A DNA stretch of 64,000 nucleotides, taken from contig CM059425.1 of assembly GCA_030390025.1 (NCBI GenBank), positions 163,248,001-163,312,000 on the forward strand, written 5' to 3'. The notes beneath the pieces were generated by a model. That model made no database searches. It was not told where the DNA came from and worked only from the letters and a program-made list of their open reading frames with translations. Shown one piece after another: positions 12,494-23,359 of this stretch (positions are counted from its first letter, which is position 1; every line of letters begins with the position of its first letter). A program made the position numbers and the translations under genes. Source of the DNA: Squalus acanthias (lineage: Eukaryota).

Positions 12494-13996
12494 TGGAGTC
12501 CATTATTAAGGAAACAGTAACAGGACATTTGGATAATCATAATTTAATAGGACAAAGTCAGCATGGTTTTACGAAGGGGAAGTCATGTTTGACAAATTTG
12601 CTGGAGTTCTTTGAGGAAGTAACATATAGAGTGGATAAAGGGGAACCAGTGGACGTAGTGTATTTAGACTTCCAAAAGGCATTTGACAAGGTGCCACACA
12701 AAAGATTATTGCTTAAGGTAAAAAATCACGGGATTGGGGGTAATATTCTGGCATGGATAGAGGATTGGCTATCTAACAGAAAGCAAAGAGTTGGGATAAA
12801 TGGTTCATTCTCAGACTGGCAATCAGTAACTAGTGGTGTTCCACAGGGGTCAGTGCTGGGTCCCCAACTCTTTACAATCTATATTAACGATTTGGAGGAA
12901 GGGACCAAGTGTAACATATCAAAATTTGCAGATGATACTAAGATGGGAGGGAAAGTAGTGAGTGAGGAGGACATAAAAAACCTGCAAGGGGACATAGACA
13001 GGCTAAGTAAGTGGGCAGAGATTTGGCAGATGGAATACAACACTGGAAAGTGTGAGGTGATGCACTTTGGCAGGAAAAATCCTAGAGCAATTTATTATCT
13101 TAATGGCAAGAAACTGGAGAGTACTGAAGTGCAAAGGGATCTGGGGGTCCTGGTGCACGAAACTCAAAAGGTTAGTATGCAGGTGCAGCAAGTGATTAAG
13201 AAGGCAAATGGAATGTTGGCTTTCATTGCTAGGGGGATAGAATATAAAAATAGGGAGGTATTGCTTCAGTTGTACAAGGTATTGGTGAGACCGCACCTGG
13301 AATACTGCATACAGTTTTGGTGTCCTTACTTAAGGAAAGACATCCTTGCTCTCGAGGCAGTGCAAAAAAGGTTCACTCGGTTAATCCCGGGGATGAGGGG
13401 GTGGTCATATGAGGAGAGGTTGGGTAGATTGGGACTCTACTCATTGGAGTTCAGAAGAATGAGAGGCGATCTTATTGAAACATATAAGATTGTGAAGGGG
13501 TTGGATCGGGTGGATGCGGGGAGGATGTTCCCGATGACGGGTGAGACGAGAACTAGGGGACATAGTCTTAGAATAAGGGGCTGCTCTTTCAAAACTGAGA
13601 TGAGGAGGAACTACTTCACTCAGAGGGTGGTAGGTCCATGGAATATGCTGCCACAAAAAGCTGTAGAAGCTACAACATTAATTAAATTTAAAACAGAAAT
13701 AGACAGTTTCCTAGAAGTAAAGGGCATTAAGGGTTACGGGGAGCGGGCAGGAATTTGGACATGAGTCTAGGTTCGGATCGGTCATGGCCCTGTGGGTAGT
13801 GGAGCGGGCCCAGGGACTGTGTAGCCTGATTCTGCTCCTATTTTGTGTGTGCAATTCTGTTAGATGCAGGAGATGGTTCTGTGATAGATAGTAGATTGGC
13901 GGTTAGGATCAGATCAGCCATGATCTTATTGAATGGCGGAGCAGGCTCGAGGGGCCGATTGGCCTACTCCTGCTCCTATTTCTTATGTTCTTATGT
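12494..13996 (+). mobile_element. Young 5'-truncated CR1 LINE with uninterrupted RT frame
   Basis: Open RT frame to the stop at 13764. Tail cctactcctgctcctatttcttatgttcttatgt. Confidence 0.95.
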
Positions 13997-15233
13997 AAGC
14001 CACCACTTCAATAAAATTTAAAAAAAACAGTCCAAACCCTTAAATTCAAATTTACCTGAATGATGTGTGTGTCCCTTTTAAGAGCTGCAGACATCGCCAC
14101 TGTCAGCCTGCTTGCACACCAGGTTGACCTGGCGTGCTTAGGACCCAGCGCTGAATTCAGCGCTAGGGCCGAAGTTTGCGTTGGTGACATTAAGTCGGTG
14201 TTGTACGCCGATTGATGTCACCACGCCACCATTTTTTTTCCCCAAGGTACTGCCAGTTACCGGCAGCGCAAAGGGGGAGAGGAATATGGAGGCTGCCGTG
14301 AGACCCGCCACCAGCTGGCAAAAGAGTGGCGGCTGCCATTTTATCGCCATTTCATGGCGCTGCGGAGTGTCGATAAGTAAATTAATTTCTAGCCCAAAGT
14401 GTTTAAAATTATGAAATGTTTGGGAAAATTGGGTCCAATTAATCTTTTCTGCCATGTACAGAATTTAAACACAAAGGGCACTATTTACAAATAAAGGGTA
14501 ACAAAAGAAAATAGAAAATGCAGGAGGAACTTTTTTACTGAAAGGGTGGATAGTACATGGAACAGATTGCCAGCATGGGTGGTGACACAAGAAACCTTAA
14601 TGGCCCAAATTTTGCTGGAGCAGGCATCTCGCAGCGTGCCCTGTTAGACTTGTTCGTGCATGTTTAGGTTTTAAAAATTTTTGCCCACGAAGTTGCTGGA
14701 AGTGAGCTGATAACGGCGCAGCAAGGGTAGCAGGTTAACAATGGGACAAACAAACCGTGTATCTCCTTAACCAATTATATTAAAGGATTAACTTTCCAGA
14801 CAAGAGAGTTTGATGGGAAGTCATTAACAATTATCACATCGTTAAATGAGTACTTGTGCTATTAATTACTAGACTTATGGCGAGTTTAATGGGCAATTAA
14901 TGTGCAAATGCAACAACTTCGTGAAAACCAGGGGACGGTTAAGGGTGAGATTGTTGAGGCTGCCGCGAAACACGAATGGAGGCTGAATCCATGTGTGGAA
15001 AACAAGAAACTTTTATTCACTGCATGCTATAACAAAATGGCTGCGAGAGCTGCTCCCAGAATTCTCTGGAAAAACTCCCAGAATTCTCTGGGTAAAACCT
15101 GAGGCCCCGCCCCCTTCTGCCTTAAAGGTAATGTGCCTTAAAGGGGAGGGGCTGGAAATTTGTCCACAGACGGAAGAGTGGATTATGCCCGTTTTGGGTG
15201 GCGATCCGCCACACAGCTCCCCCCAGAATCCGC

Positions 15234-18200
15234 TTAGGAGGTGTGGACGAGACGGTGCGGCGGTCTGATGGGCCGGCCGGAGCGGCTCTTGTAGGACGCC
15301 GGTGAATGTGGAATGGCCGGGCGTGGAGCAGCCGGGTGAACTGGCTTGAGGGCAGGTCGGCCGCGTGGAGGTGGACGAGCTACAAGGACCTGCTCCCCGG
15401 GCTCCGAGTGTGCTGGCTTGAGTCGGTCCACCGACACTTTTTCGGTCTTGTCGCCCACTTGCAGGGTGAAAAATTTGTCCCCAGCCTGTAGCACCTTGTA
15501 GGGCCCGTCGTATGGGGTTTGAAGGGGTCCGCGGTGGGCGTCGTGCCGGACGAAAACAAACCGTGCCTGGTGCAGGCTTAGTGGGACGTGTGAGGTGGAT
15601 TCGCCGTGTCGGGTAATGGGCACCGGGGCGAACTGCAGCGCCGGTGAGGCGAAGTTGTGGCGTTGCTGGTCGGCTGACCAGCGTGTCGTGGCAGTGGGCA
15701 GGAACTTGCCGGGTACGCGCAGTGGCTGACCGTACACGAGCTCTGCTGCCGATGCGTGGAGGTCTTCTTTAACCGCGGTGCGCAGGCCGAGGAGGACCCA
15801 CGGAAGTCGGTCGGTCCAGGCGCCGTCTTGGAGGCTGGCTTGAAGAGATGCCTTCAAGGATCTGTGGAACCGCTCACACAGTCCGTTGGCTTGGGGGTGG
15901 TACGCTGTGGTGCGGTGAATGGTCACCCCGAGATTGCGTGCGACGGCGGTCCAGAGTTCAGAGGTAAATTGCGGACCTCTGTCCGACGTCATGTCGGAGG
16001 GGACGCCGAACCGTGCGACCCAGGTGCCGACGAAGGCTCTGGCGATGTCGGCGGTGGTGGTAGAGGTCAGTGGAATTGCCTCAGGCCAGCGTGTGGTGCG
16101 GTCAACGATGGTCAGCAAGTGCGTGTGGCCTTGCGACGGCGGCAGGGGCCCGACGATGTCCACGTGGATGTGGTCGAATCTCCGCGAGGGGACGGTAAAC
16201 TCCTCCTCGAGGGGTGCTTTCGTGTGTTGCTGTACCTTGGCCCGTTGGCAGGCTAGGCAGGAGTTGGCCCAAGTACGCACATCCTTGCGAAGGCCGCGCC
16301 AGACAAAACGGTTGGCTACCAATTTGATGGATGCGCGGGTGCCGGGGTGGGAGAGGTTGTGGAGAATGTCGAATACCCGGCGGCGCCAGGACGCTGGGAC
16401 GACGGGCCGAGGTTGACATAGGGATATGTCGCACTTGACCGTGACTGCGGTCGGGCCACAGGCGACGTCGGCCAGGCGTAGCCCTGGTAGGTTGGTGGGT
16501 GTGGAGAGCAGATCAGGGCCGGTGATCTGGTCTGCTGCGAGTTGAGCGTAGTCGACTGCTAGGTGTGCGGCGTGGATGGCGGGGCGGGAGAGGCAGTCGG
16601 CTACCACATTGTCTCGGCCGGAGACGTGTTGGATGTCCGTGGTGAACTCGGACACTGCCGCGAGCTGGCGCTGCTGCCTGGCGGACCAGGGGTCGGTTGT
16701 CTTTGCCATTGCGAATGTCAGGGGCTTGTGGTCGACAAACGCAGTGAAGGGGTGGCCCTCAAGCAAAAACCGGAAATGGCGGACCGCCAGGAACAGCGCG
16801 AGGAGCTCGCGGTCGAAGGTGCTGTACTTGACCTCCGGGGGGCGTAGTTGGCGGCTGAAGAAGGCAAGTGGTTGCCAGGCGCCGTTGACCCACTGCTCAT
16901 ACACGGCGCCGACCGCGTAGTCGGAGGCGTCTGTGGTGAGCGCTACCCTGGCATTGGGCCGTGGGTGCGCGAGCAGGGTGGCGTTGGCGAGCGCGGTCTT
17001 GGTGGAATCGAAGGCGGCGGACGCGTCTGCCGTCCATTCGACCGCCATCTTGCCGCTCCTGCCCCGGAGGGCTTCATACAGGGGCCTCATGAGGGATGCC
17101 GCTTTGGGGATGAAGCGGTTATAGAAATTCACCATCCCGAGGAACTCCTGGAGGCCTTTGGTGGTGGTGGGGCGGGGAAATTGTTGGACGGCCTGCACCT
17201 TGGTGGGCAGGGGAATGGCCCCAGCATGGGTGATGTGGTGGCCGAGGAAGTCGATCTTGTCCAGGCCGAACTGGCATTTGGCTGGGCTGAGGATGAGCTC
17301 GTGGTCGCTGAGGCGCCCGAACAGGATGCGAAGGTGTTCCTGCTTGGAGGAACTGGCTACCAGGATGTCGTCCAGGTAGACGAACAGGAACTTCAGGTCC
17401 CGAAGGACCGAGTCCATGAGCCGTTGGAATGCCTGGGCCGCGTTTTTGAGGCCGAAGGGCATCCGCAGGAACTCGAACAGGCCGAAGGGGGTGATTACGG
17501 CCGTCTTGGGGACGTCCGCGGGGTGGACGGGGACTTGGTGGTAGCCGCGCACCAGGTCGACCTTGGAAAAGACTGAGCGGCCGGCCAGTCTAGCCGAGAA
17601 GTCCTGAATGTGCGGCACGGGGTACCGATCAGGGGTGGTGGCGTCATTGAGGCGGCGGTAATCCCCGCAGGGGTGCCAACCTCCGCCTGGTTTGGGGGCG
17701 ATGTGGAGTGGGGAGGCCCAGGGACTGTTGGAGCGGCGGATGATGCCGAGCTGTTCCATGGTGGCAAACTCGGTCCGCGCGATCTCCAGTTTGGCCGGGT
17801 CCAGCCTGCGGGCGTGGGCGTACACTGGGGGGCCTGTGGTGGGGATGAAGTGTTCCACCCCGTGTTTGGGGGCTTCCGCGGAGAAGGTCGGATTGGTAAG
17901 GGCCGGGAATTCGGCCAGGAGTGCCGTGTAGTCATCCGTGGCCCGGGCGTGGCACTGTGACGCCATGTCGGCGGGTTGACGGGGGGCCATGGCGCCCAGG
18001 ATGGGGGACATGGTGTTCATGTCCACGAGGCGGTGACGAGGGATGTCTACCAGTAGGCCGTGGGCGCACAGGAAATCTGCGCCGATGAGAGGGGAGAGCA
18101 CCTTGGCAGTGATGAACTCCCATCGGTAGCGGTGACCAGCGAGGTCGAGGGTGACTGTCCGGGTGCCATACGTCCAGATTTCCGAGCCATTAGCAGCAGC

Positions 18201-19040
18201 CAGCGCCGGTCCTCGTTCGCCCTTTTGGATGTCGAGGGAGGAGGCCGGGATGATGCTGTGCTGAGCCCCAGTGTCGCACAGGAACCGGCGGCCGGTTTTG
18301 TCATCCGTGACGAACAGCAGAGAGCCCGCGTGGCCCACGGCCATCGCGGGGGCTGGAACGGGGGCGGACTTGAAAGAGCAGGGAGGTGTGCACCGTTGTG
18401 CCCTGGCACCGAACCGTGTGTGGTAGTAACAGTGGCCCGGGTTAGTGGGGCGTGAAGGCCCCGTGTGCCTGGTGACAGGCCCTTGTAGCCGTGTGCTGGA
18501 TGGTGAGGGGCGAGACAAGGCATTGGCTGCCAGGTCCGGAGTGACGTCACGGCTGGAGTCAGCTGACAGCAGCTTGTCGGCCTCATCGGCCAGGGCTTCC
18601 AGGTTCGTGAGGCCGGACGCCACGATCGCTGGGCGGATGCTGAGAGGGAGCTGGCGGATGAACAGCGTGCGGAAGAGGGATCCTGGTGGGCTCTCGTCGG
18701 TGAAGGAGAGCATGTGGGAGAGGAGGTCTGACGGTGAGGCATCACCGAGGCCTGGAAGGTCGAGGAGGTGGCAGTTTCGCTGATATGCCGAGGCCGTAAA
18801 TTTTTTAAGGAGCGCTGTTCTGAGATATGCGTACTTGCCTTCCTCTGGTGGGTTCTGCAGCGTTGTCCAAACCTTGGAAACTGTGGCGTTACTGAGTGAT
18901 GTGACGACATAGTCGTACTTCGTCCCATCTGTGGTGATATTTCGCAGCCGGAAGCGGGATTCAGCTTGGAGAAACCAGGCTTCGGGCTGGTTTTCCCAAA
19001 ACTCCGGCAGTTTCACGGAAACTGCGTTCGTGTCTGCCAT
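15234..19040 (-). CDS. Gag-Pol polyprotein (1268 aa): Gag CHCC, aspartic protease, RT, RNase H, integrase
   Basis: CYYHTRFGARAQRCTPPC, FLCDTGA, YLDDILV, TTDAS...ADCLSR, HNLSH...CLAC, DIVGP/SDRG/CERFH, YDGPY. Confidence 0.95.
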   Translation of the reverse strand: MADTNAVSVKLPEFWENQPEAWFLQAESRFRLRNITTDGTKYDYVVTSLSNATVSKVWTTLQNPPEEGKYAYLRTALLKKFTASAYQRNCHLLDLPGLGDASPSDLLSHMLSFTDESPPGSLFRTLFIRQLPLSIRPAIVASGLTNLEALADEADKLLSADSSRDVTPDLAANALSRPSPSSTRLQGPVTRHTGPSRPTNPGHCYYHTRFGARAQRCTPPCSFKSAPVPAPAMAVGHAGSLLFVTDDKTGRRFLCDTGAQHSIIPASSLDIQKGERGPALAAANGSEIWTYGTRTVTLDLAGHRYRWEFITAKVLSPLIGADFLCAHGLLVDIPRHRLVDMNTMSPILGAMAPRQPADMASQCHARATDDYTALLAEFPALTNPTFSAEAPKHGVEHFIPTTGPPVYAHARRLDPAKLEIARTEFATMEQLGIIRRSNSPWASPLHIAPKPGGGWHPCGDYRRLNDATTPDRYPVPHIQDFSARLAGRSVFSKVDLVRGYHQVPVHPADVPKTAVITPFGLFEFLRMPFGLKNAAQAFQRLMDSVLRDLKFLFVYLDDILVASSSKQEHLRILFGRLSDHELILSPAKCQFGLDKIDFLGHHITHAGAIPLPTKVQAVQQFPRPTTTKGLQEFLGMVNFYNRFIPKAASLMRPLYEALRGRSGKMAVEWTADASAAFDSTKTALANATLLAHPRPNARVALTTDASDYAVGAVYEQWVNGAWQPLAFFSRQLRPPEVKYSTFDRELLALFLAVRHFRFLLEGHPFTAFVDHKPLTFAMAKTTDPWSARQQRQLAAVSEFTTDIQHVSGRDNVVADCLSRPAIHAAHLAVDYAQLAADQITGPDLLSTPTNLPGLRLADVACGPTAVTVKCDISLCQPRPVVPASWRRRVFDILHNLSHPGTRASIKLVANRFVWRGLRKDVRTWANSCLACQRAKVQQHTKAPLEEEFTVPSRRFDHIHVDIVGPLPPSQGHTHLLTIVDRTTRWPEAIPLTSTTTADIARAFVGTWVARFGVPSDMTSDRGPQFTSELWTAVARNLGVTIHRTTAYHPQANGLCERFHRSLKASLQASLQDGAWTDRLPWVLLGLRTAVKEDLHASAAELVYGQPLRVPGKFLPTATTRWSADQQRHNFASPALQFAPVPITRHGESTSHVPLSLHQARFVFVRHDAHRGPLQTPYDGPYKVLQAGDKFFTLQVGDKTEKVSVDRLKPAHSEPGEQVLVARPPPRGRPALKPVHPAAPRPAIPHSPASYKSRSGRPIRPPHRLVHTS

Positions 19041-19067
19041 TGCAGTGCTCGGAATACGTACTGAGCA

Positions 19068-19079
19068 TCGGGGTCACCA
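19068..19079 (-). promoter_or_regulatory. tRNA-Trp primer binding site
   Basis: TGGTGACCCCGA begins 1 nt after the 5' LTR and is complementary to the tRNA-Trp 3' end. Confidence 0.85.
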
Positions 19080-19807
19080 ATGTTGTGGCTGCCGCGAAAC
19101 ACGAATGGAGGCTGAATCCATGTGTGGAAAACAAGAAACTTTTATTCACTGCATGCTATAACAAAATGGCTGCGAGAGCTGCTCCCAGAATTCTCTGGGT
19201 AAAACCTGAGGCCCTGCCCCCTTCTGCCTTAAAGGTAATGTGCCTTAAAGGGGAGGGGCTGGAAATTTGTCCACAGACGGAAGAGTGGATTATGCCCGTT
19301 TTGGGTGGCGATCCGCCAGAAGATGCCGTTTTCACAAAGCTAATGGTGGAGCAGCACACATCAGCCAGCAACTTGTGGCGATTCGCAATTCACGAGGTAT
19401 CTCTTCCTTGCCATAAGTTGCTGGCCAATTTGCGCGTTAATAACAGAGTGCATTGTTCAAGTGGCGTTATTTTTTCAGCAAGATCTGGGCCAATAGATTT
19501 CAAGAAGGAACGTGACAGGTTCTTGTCAACAAATGGGATTTGGGGTTATTAGAAATGCACCATGAGAATACTGTGGATAGGAGAGATAGATGGATCAAAG
19601 GTCTTCTGCCTGAAACTTGCTTGTTTTGGTATGGTAAATATCCTCACAATTTTTTTTTATTAATCTTTATCATCAACAGGCCTCCTGACATGAAGCGTGA
19701 GATAAATTTCTATCTGTTCAGTATGGCATTTATCCTTTTACCGTGAAGTTGGTTTTAAAAGGTTTTGTTCTGACACAGTCTTGTTATTTTTTTCTATCTC
19801 TCTCCAG

Positions 19808-20088
19808 ATCTGTCAGCTGATCCAGATGAATTGACAAATGTAGCTACTAAGTATTCAGAAGTTACAAGCACCCTTGATAGAAAACTTCGCTCGATATTAA
19901 ATTACCCAGAAGTGTCCAAATCTGTTCATCAATACAACAAACTACAGTTTGTCAAATGGAAAGAAAGTCTCGGAAAGAATTATACAAATATTATTGCCAA
20001 CCTCAGATGGCACCAGAACTGGCAAAAGGATCCTGGAGCTTATCTAAATGCTATTAAAAGGTGGTTATCTTCAACTACTGATGTATAG
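19808..20088 (+). CDS. ARSK: Arylsulfatase K, last coding exon (upstream exons not seen; probably 5' of the window)
   Basis: Polypyrimidine tract plus CAG at 19805-19807. Translation DLSADPDELTNVA...NYPEVSKSVHQYNK...IANLRWHQNWQKDP...AIKRWL* matches the remembered human ARSK C-terminus. Syntenic with GPR150. Confidence 0.93.
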
Positions 20089-20124
20089 TTTTACATCTAT
20101 TGTAGCTTCCTTGTATCGTTGCCT

Positions 20125-20700
20125 TCAGTGTTCCCCAAAGATACATCCGTGGCCCTCTCTTCTTCCTCATCTAGTTGCTGCCCTGTTATTATCCACAAAT
20201 GTGGGGTCAGCTTCCACATGTACACCAATGACATCCAGCTCTACCTATACCTGTTCTCACGAAAGGTCTTCGACCTGAAACGTTAACTCTGTTTCTCTCT
20301 CCACAGATGCTGCTTGACCCGTTGAGTAGTTCCAGCATTTTCTGCTTTTGCTACCTATACACCACCTCTCTCGATCCCTCCATTGCCTCTGTGCTGTCAG
20401 ACTGCTTGTCTGACATCTGGTCTTGGCTGAGTCATAACTTCCTCTAACTGGACATTGGAAAGACCAAAGCCATCTTGGCCCCACCGGAAACTCCATTCCC
20501 TCACCACTGACTCCATTCCCCTCCCCAACCAGACTATTTGCAGCATCAGGTTCTGATCGCCAATCAGCTGAATTTCCAACCCCATATTCTCTCCCCCACA
20601 AGGACTAGCTACTTTCACTTCTGTAACATTGCTCACCTCCACCCTTACTTCAGTACATCTACGACTAAAACCCTCATACATGCCTTCATCACCTCCATAT
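20125..20700 (+). mobile_element. Degenerate L2 LINE RT fragment just 3' of the ARSK stop
   Basis: Similar to the L2 fragment at 25620-25870 (gatacccagctctac, ccaattaaatattggaaagaccaaagcc). Confidence 0.7.
20251..20350 (+). mobile_element. 100-bp Penelope pseudo-LTR insert beginning with a hammerhead motif (core mutated to CTCACGA)
   Basis: Perfect 10-bp TSD CTACCTATAC (20241-20250, 20351-20360). Motif GTT-CTCACGA-A-AGGTC-ttc-GACCT-GAAA-CG-TT-AAC. Confidence 0.85.
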
Positions 20701-20949
20701 TATTATTATTATTCATATAAACCAGCTCATTCAAAACTGGGAATAACAAACCTGGTTAAATCCAAAAGATGGAAATTAATGTAATATTCAATGGTACAGA
20801 AACTGTTGTAGCCCTATATTGGATATTTGGGAGGTAAATTAACTCGATCGGTGGGAGAGGTAAGCTTCAAAATTAATTACTTTAGCTACACATCTCAAAC
20901 ACCAAAAGCACCATGCTTGGGATATCCTGCAGACAACCAGGTAAGCATA

Positions 20950-23140
20950 AAAATAAGTTTGCTGTATGAAGAGATAGGTAGGGTATGTGAGAACAGGAAA
21001 GTTATTTTAAAAGAAGACTTCAATCAATCAAATATAAACTAAGAAAATCCAAGTGCTATATTGTCAGAGTTAATCAATGTGATGCAAGACTTCTTCATGA
21101 CTAAGTCTGTCAAGGAAGCCACGTGTTGTTCTGACTTGGTATTCGCTAATGACAACATACATAAATTAGAAGTCTTAGCACTGGGATGAATATGAAGTGC
21201 AGAAACATTAAAATGGTGATCAGAGGAGCAAAGAGGGACCTAGAAAAAAAGGATAAGCACATTAGTAAAACAATTATTTCAGTACTACAATAGTAAGGGC
21301 AATCAGAGAAGAGGTGCAAACACTAAAAGATGCAAATATATGTGAAACTAAAGATGAACACAATAATAAATATTCTGAATGATTACTTCCTCTAAGTATT
21401 CACAAGGGTAGATATGAACAGCATATCCTCCCCAATTGGCACTAAGCTAAGTAATTTCAAGGACTTCAATATTAATTGATGTCCTAAGTAGGCTGAAAGA
21501 GCACAAAACAAATAAATCCCCAGGGTTAGCTAATATTTATCCCAGAGTTCTCTGCTGAAAGAGACTGAGGAGGAGATTTGTGAGGCACTGACAATCATTA
21601 TGAGGGAGTCAGTGGATACTTGGGAGGTACCAGTAGACTGGAAGCAGGCTAATGTGCTGCCCATATTCACAAAGGATGACAAAACAGACACGGGTAACTT
21701 CAGATCCATTAATCTTGGTTCCATTCCATGTAAAATGATGGAATTGATTATCAGGAGTCAACTTGAGGACTATACATAACAACCTAGTAAACAGCAGCCA
21801 ATATGGATTCAGAAAGAGATGATCATGTCAAACCAACTTCAAATTCTTTGAGGAAGTGACAACCCAAGTGAACTGTGATGAATTATAATCATGTACCCAG
21901 ATTTCCAAAAGGCATATGACGAAGTTTAACACAAAAGGCTATTAGTTAAACGCAAAGCTGTAATGATTCACGATAAACCCTGGGAATGGATTAAAAATTG
22001 GCTGAGTGGTAGAAAACGATGAATACTCATTAGAGGAGTTATGTTTGGTTGTGGATGGTGGGGGGTGAGTACTGAGTAGAGTGCCTCAGGACACAGTGTT
22101 GGGACACCTATTATTTCTAATTTATATAAATGACTTGGATTCAGAAACTCTATGCAAATTGGTCAAATTTGCAGTTGGTACCAAACTAGGAGGGGGTGTG
22201 GATTTGAAGAAGACAGCCCAGAAAATACAGAATGAGTTGGATAAAATATATGTGAGCAATAGTGGCAGACAAGCATAAAGTATGGCACCTAGGAACCAAA
22301 ATTGGAGAAAACATACTCAGTAAGTGGTGTTAATTAGGCAAGTACCAAACTGAGAGACCTAAGAGTCTGAGACTTGTTACTCAACATGCCAATCCAATGC
22401 AAAGCAACAATCAACTAGGCCATTAAAATGTTGAACTACATAGCCGAAACATTGAATATGAGTAAGAGAAAACTGTGACCAAACTATATAGGTCAAACTC
22501 TACTTTGAGTACTGGGTGCTGAGATGTATGGGTGACATTTTAGCTGGAGAAGTAGTGCAGAGAAGAGCCATGAGGTTGAGCCCTAGTGTCAGTGGTTGAC
22601 TTAATCAACATCACCAAAACAGATTACCTGGTCATTATGACATTGCTGTTCGTGGGAGCTTGCTGTGCGCAAATTGGCTGTTGTGTTTCCTACATTACAA
22701 GTGAATACACTTCAAAAGTACTTCATTGGCTGTAAAGCGCTTTGGGACGTCCTGAGGTTGTGAAAGGCGCTATATAAATGCAATTCTTTCTTTAACTGCC
22801 CTTTGAAGTAGTCCAGAAAACCACTCGATTGTATCCAACTGCTACCAGTGGTTCAAGAAAAAGGCCCGTCACTACCTTCTCAGGGCACTAGAGATTAGCA
22901 ATAACTCCTACATCCTAAGAATGAATTTTTTTTAAAGCTAAACTATGAGAAAAGATTGGCACTTGGCTTTTTCAGGCTGGAAGGGAGGTGTCTGGGAAGT
23001 GATCTTATAGAGGTATATAAGACAGTTATTGGAATGGAAAATGGAAATATTACTTGAAATTAAATTGCGAGAGTAGGACAACGGGACACAGATTCAAGAT
23101 AGAGATAAATTTTGGACTGATGTCAGGAAATTCTTCGGAC
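20950..23140 (+). mobile_element. Old, heavily decayed CR1 LINE with nested SINE and LINE tails
   Basis: Decayed RT motifs (PVDWKQANVLPIF, VPQDTVLGHLLFLIYINDL, VQRRAMRL) with many stops. Confidence 0.8.
22603..22793 (+). mobile_element. SacSINE1-like 3' half
   Basis: Matches 8200-8394. Confidence 0.8.
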
Positions 23141-23359
23141 TCCTAGGCCCAAGCTCTGGAATATGCTCCCTGTCCCTCTACCTCTCCTTCTTTAAGACCC
23201 TTCATAAAGCCCACCTCTTTGACTAAGCTTTTGGTCACATCACCCCACCAATCTCTCCTCCTTTGGCTCTATATCAGTTTTCTTCACACTCCTGTGAAGT
23301 GCCGTAGGATGTTTTTTTAATTTAAAGGTGTTACATGAATGCAAATTGTTCACCCGTAG

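Larger units (their letters stand above)
11053..14394. mobile_element. Internally deleted PIF/Harbinger element with Myb/SANT gene remnants
   Basis: 11524-12000 resembles exon 1, intron and exon 2 of the Myb gene at 38100-38735. Right end AATTTCTAGCCC resembles the end at 42366. Confidence 0.65.
14952..19320 (-). mobile_element. Full-length Ty3/Gypsy LTR retrotransposon, CsRn1/Kabuki clade
   Basis: LTRs at 19081-19320 (5') and 14952-15213 (3'). 4-bp TSD AGAT (14948-14951, 19321-19324). tRNA-Trp PBS TGGTGACCCCGA, PPT GGGGGGAG, Gag CX2HX9CX3C motif. Confidence 0.95.
14602..19491. mobile_element. Harbinger-type MITE hosting the Gypsy element
   Basis: TIR GGCCCAAATTTTGCT / AGCAAGATCTGGGCC. 3-bp TSD AAT at 14599-14601 and 19492-19494. 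Confidence 0.85.
10955..19610 (+). mobile_element. Old CR1 3' end split into three pieces (10955-11052, 14395-14601, 19492-19610) by later insertions
   Basis: The pieces read in CR1 order: GVQRRATWLIPELKGMAYKERL, then VFKIMK...RRNFFTERV...WNRLP, then FKKERDRFL. Confidence 0.75.

Noticed and set aside
15306..18928. Many long ORFs overlapping the Gypsy gag-pol on the opposite strand or in other frames
   Set aside because: Expected from high GC content and stop-codon scarcity. No recognisable domains and no env-like gene.
19040..19552. 170-aa ORF, and similar ORFs at 14902-15268
   Set aside because: They read through LTR and MITE sequence and are not genes.
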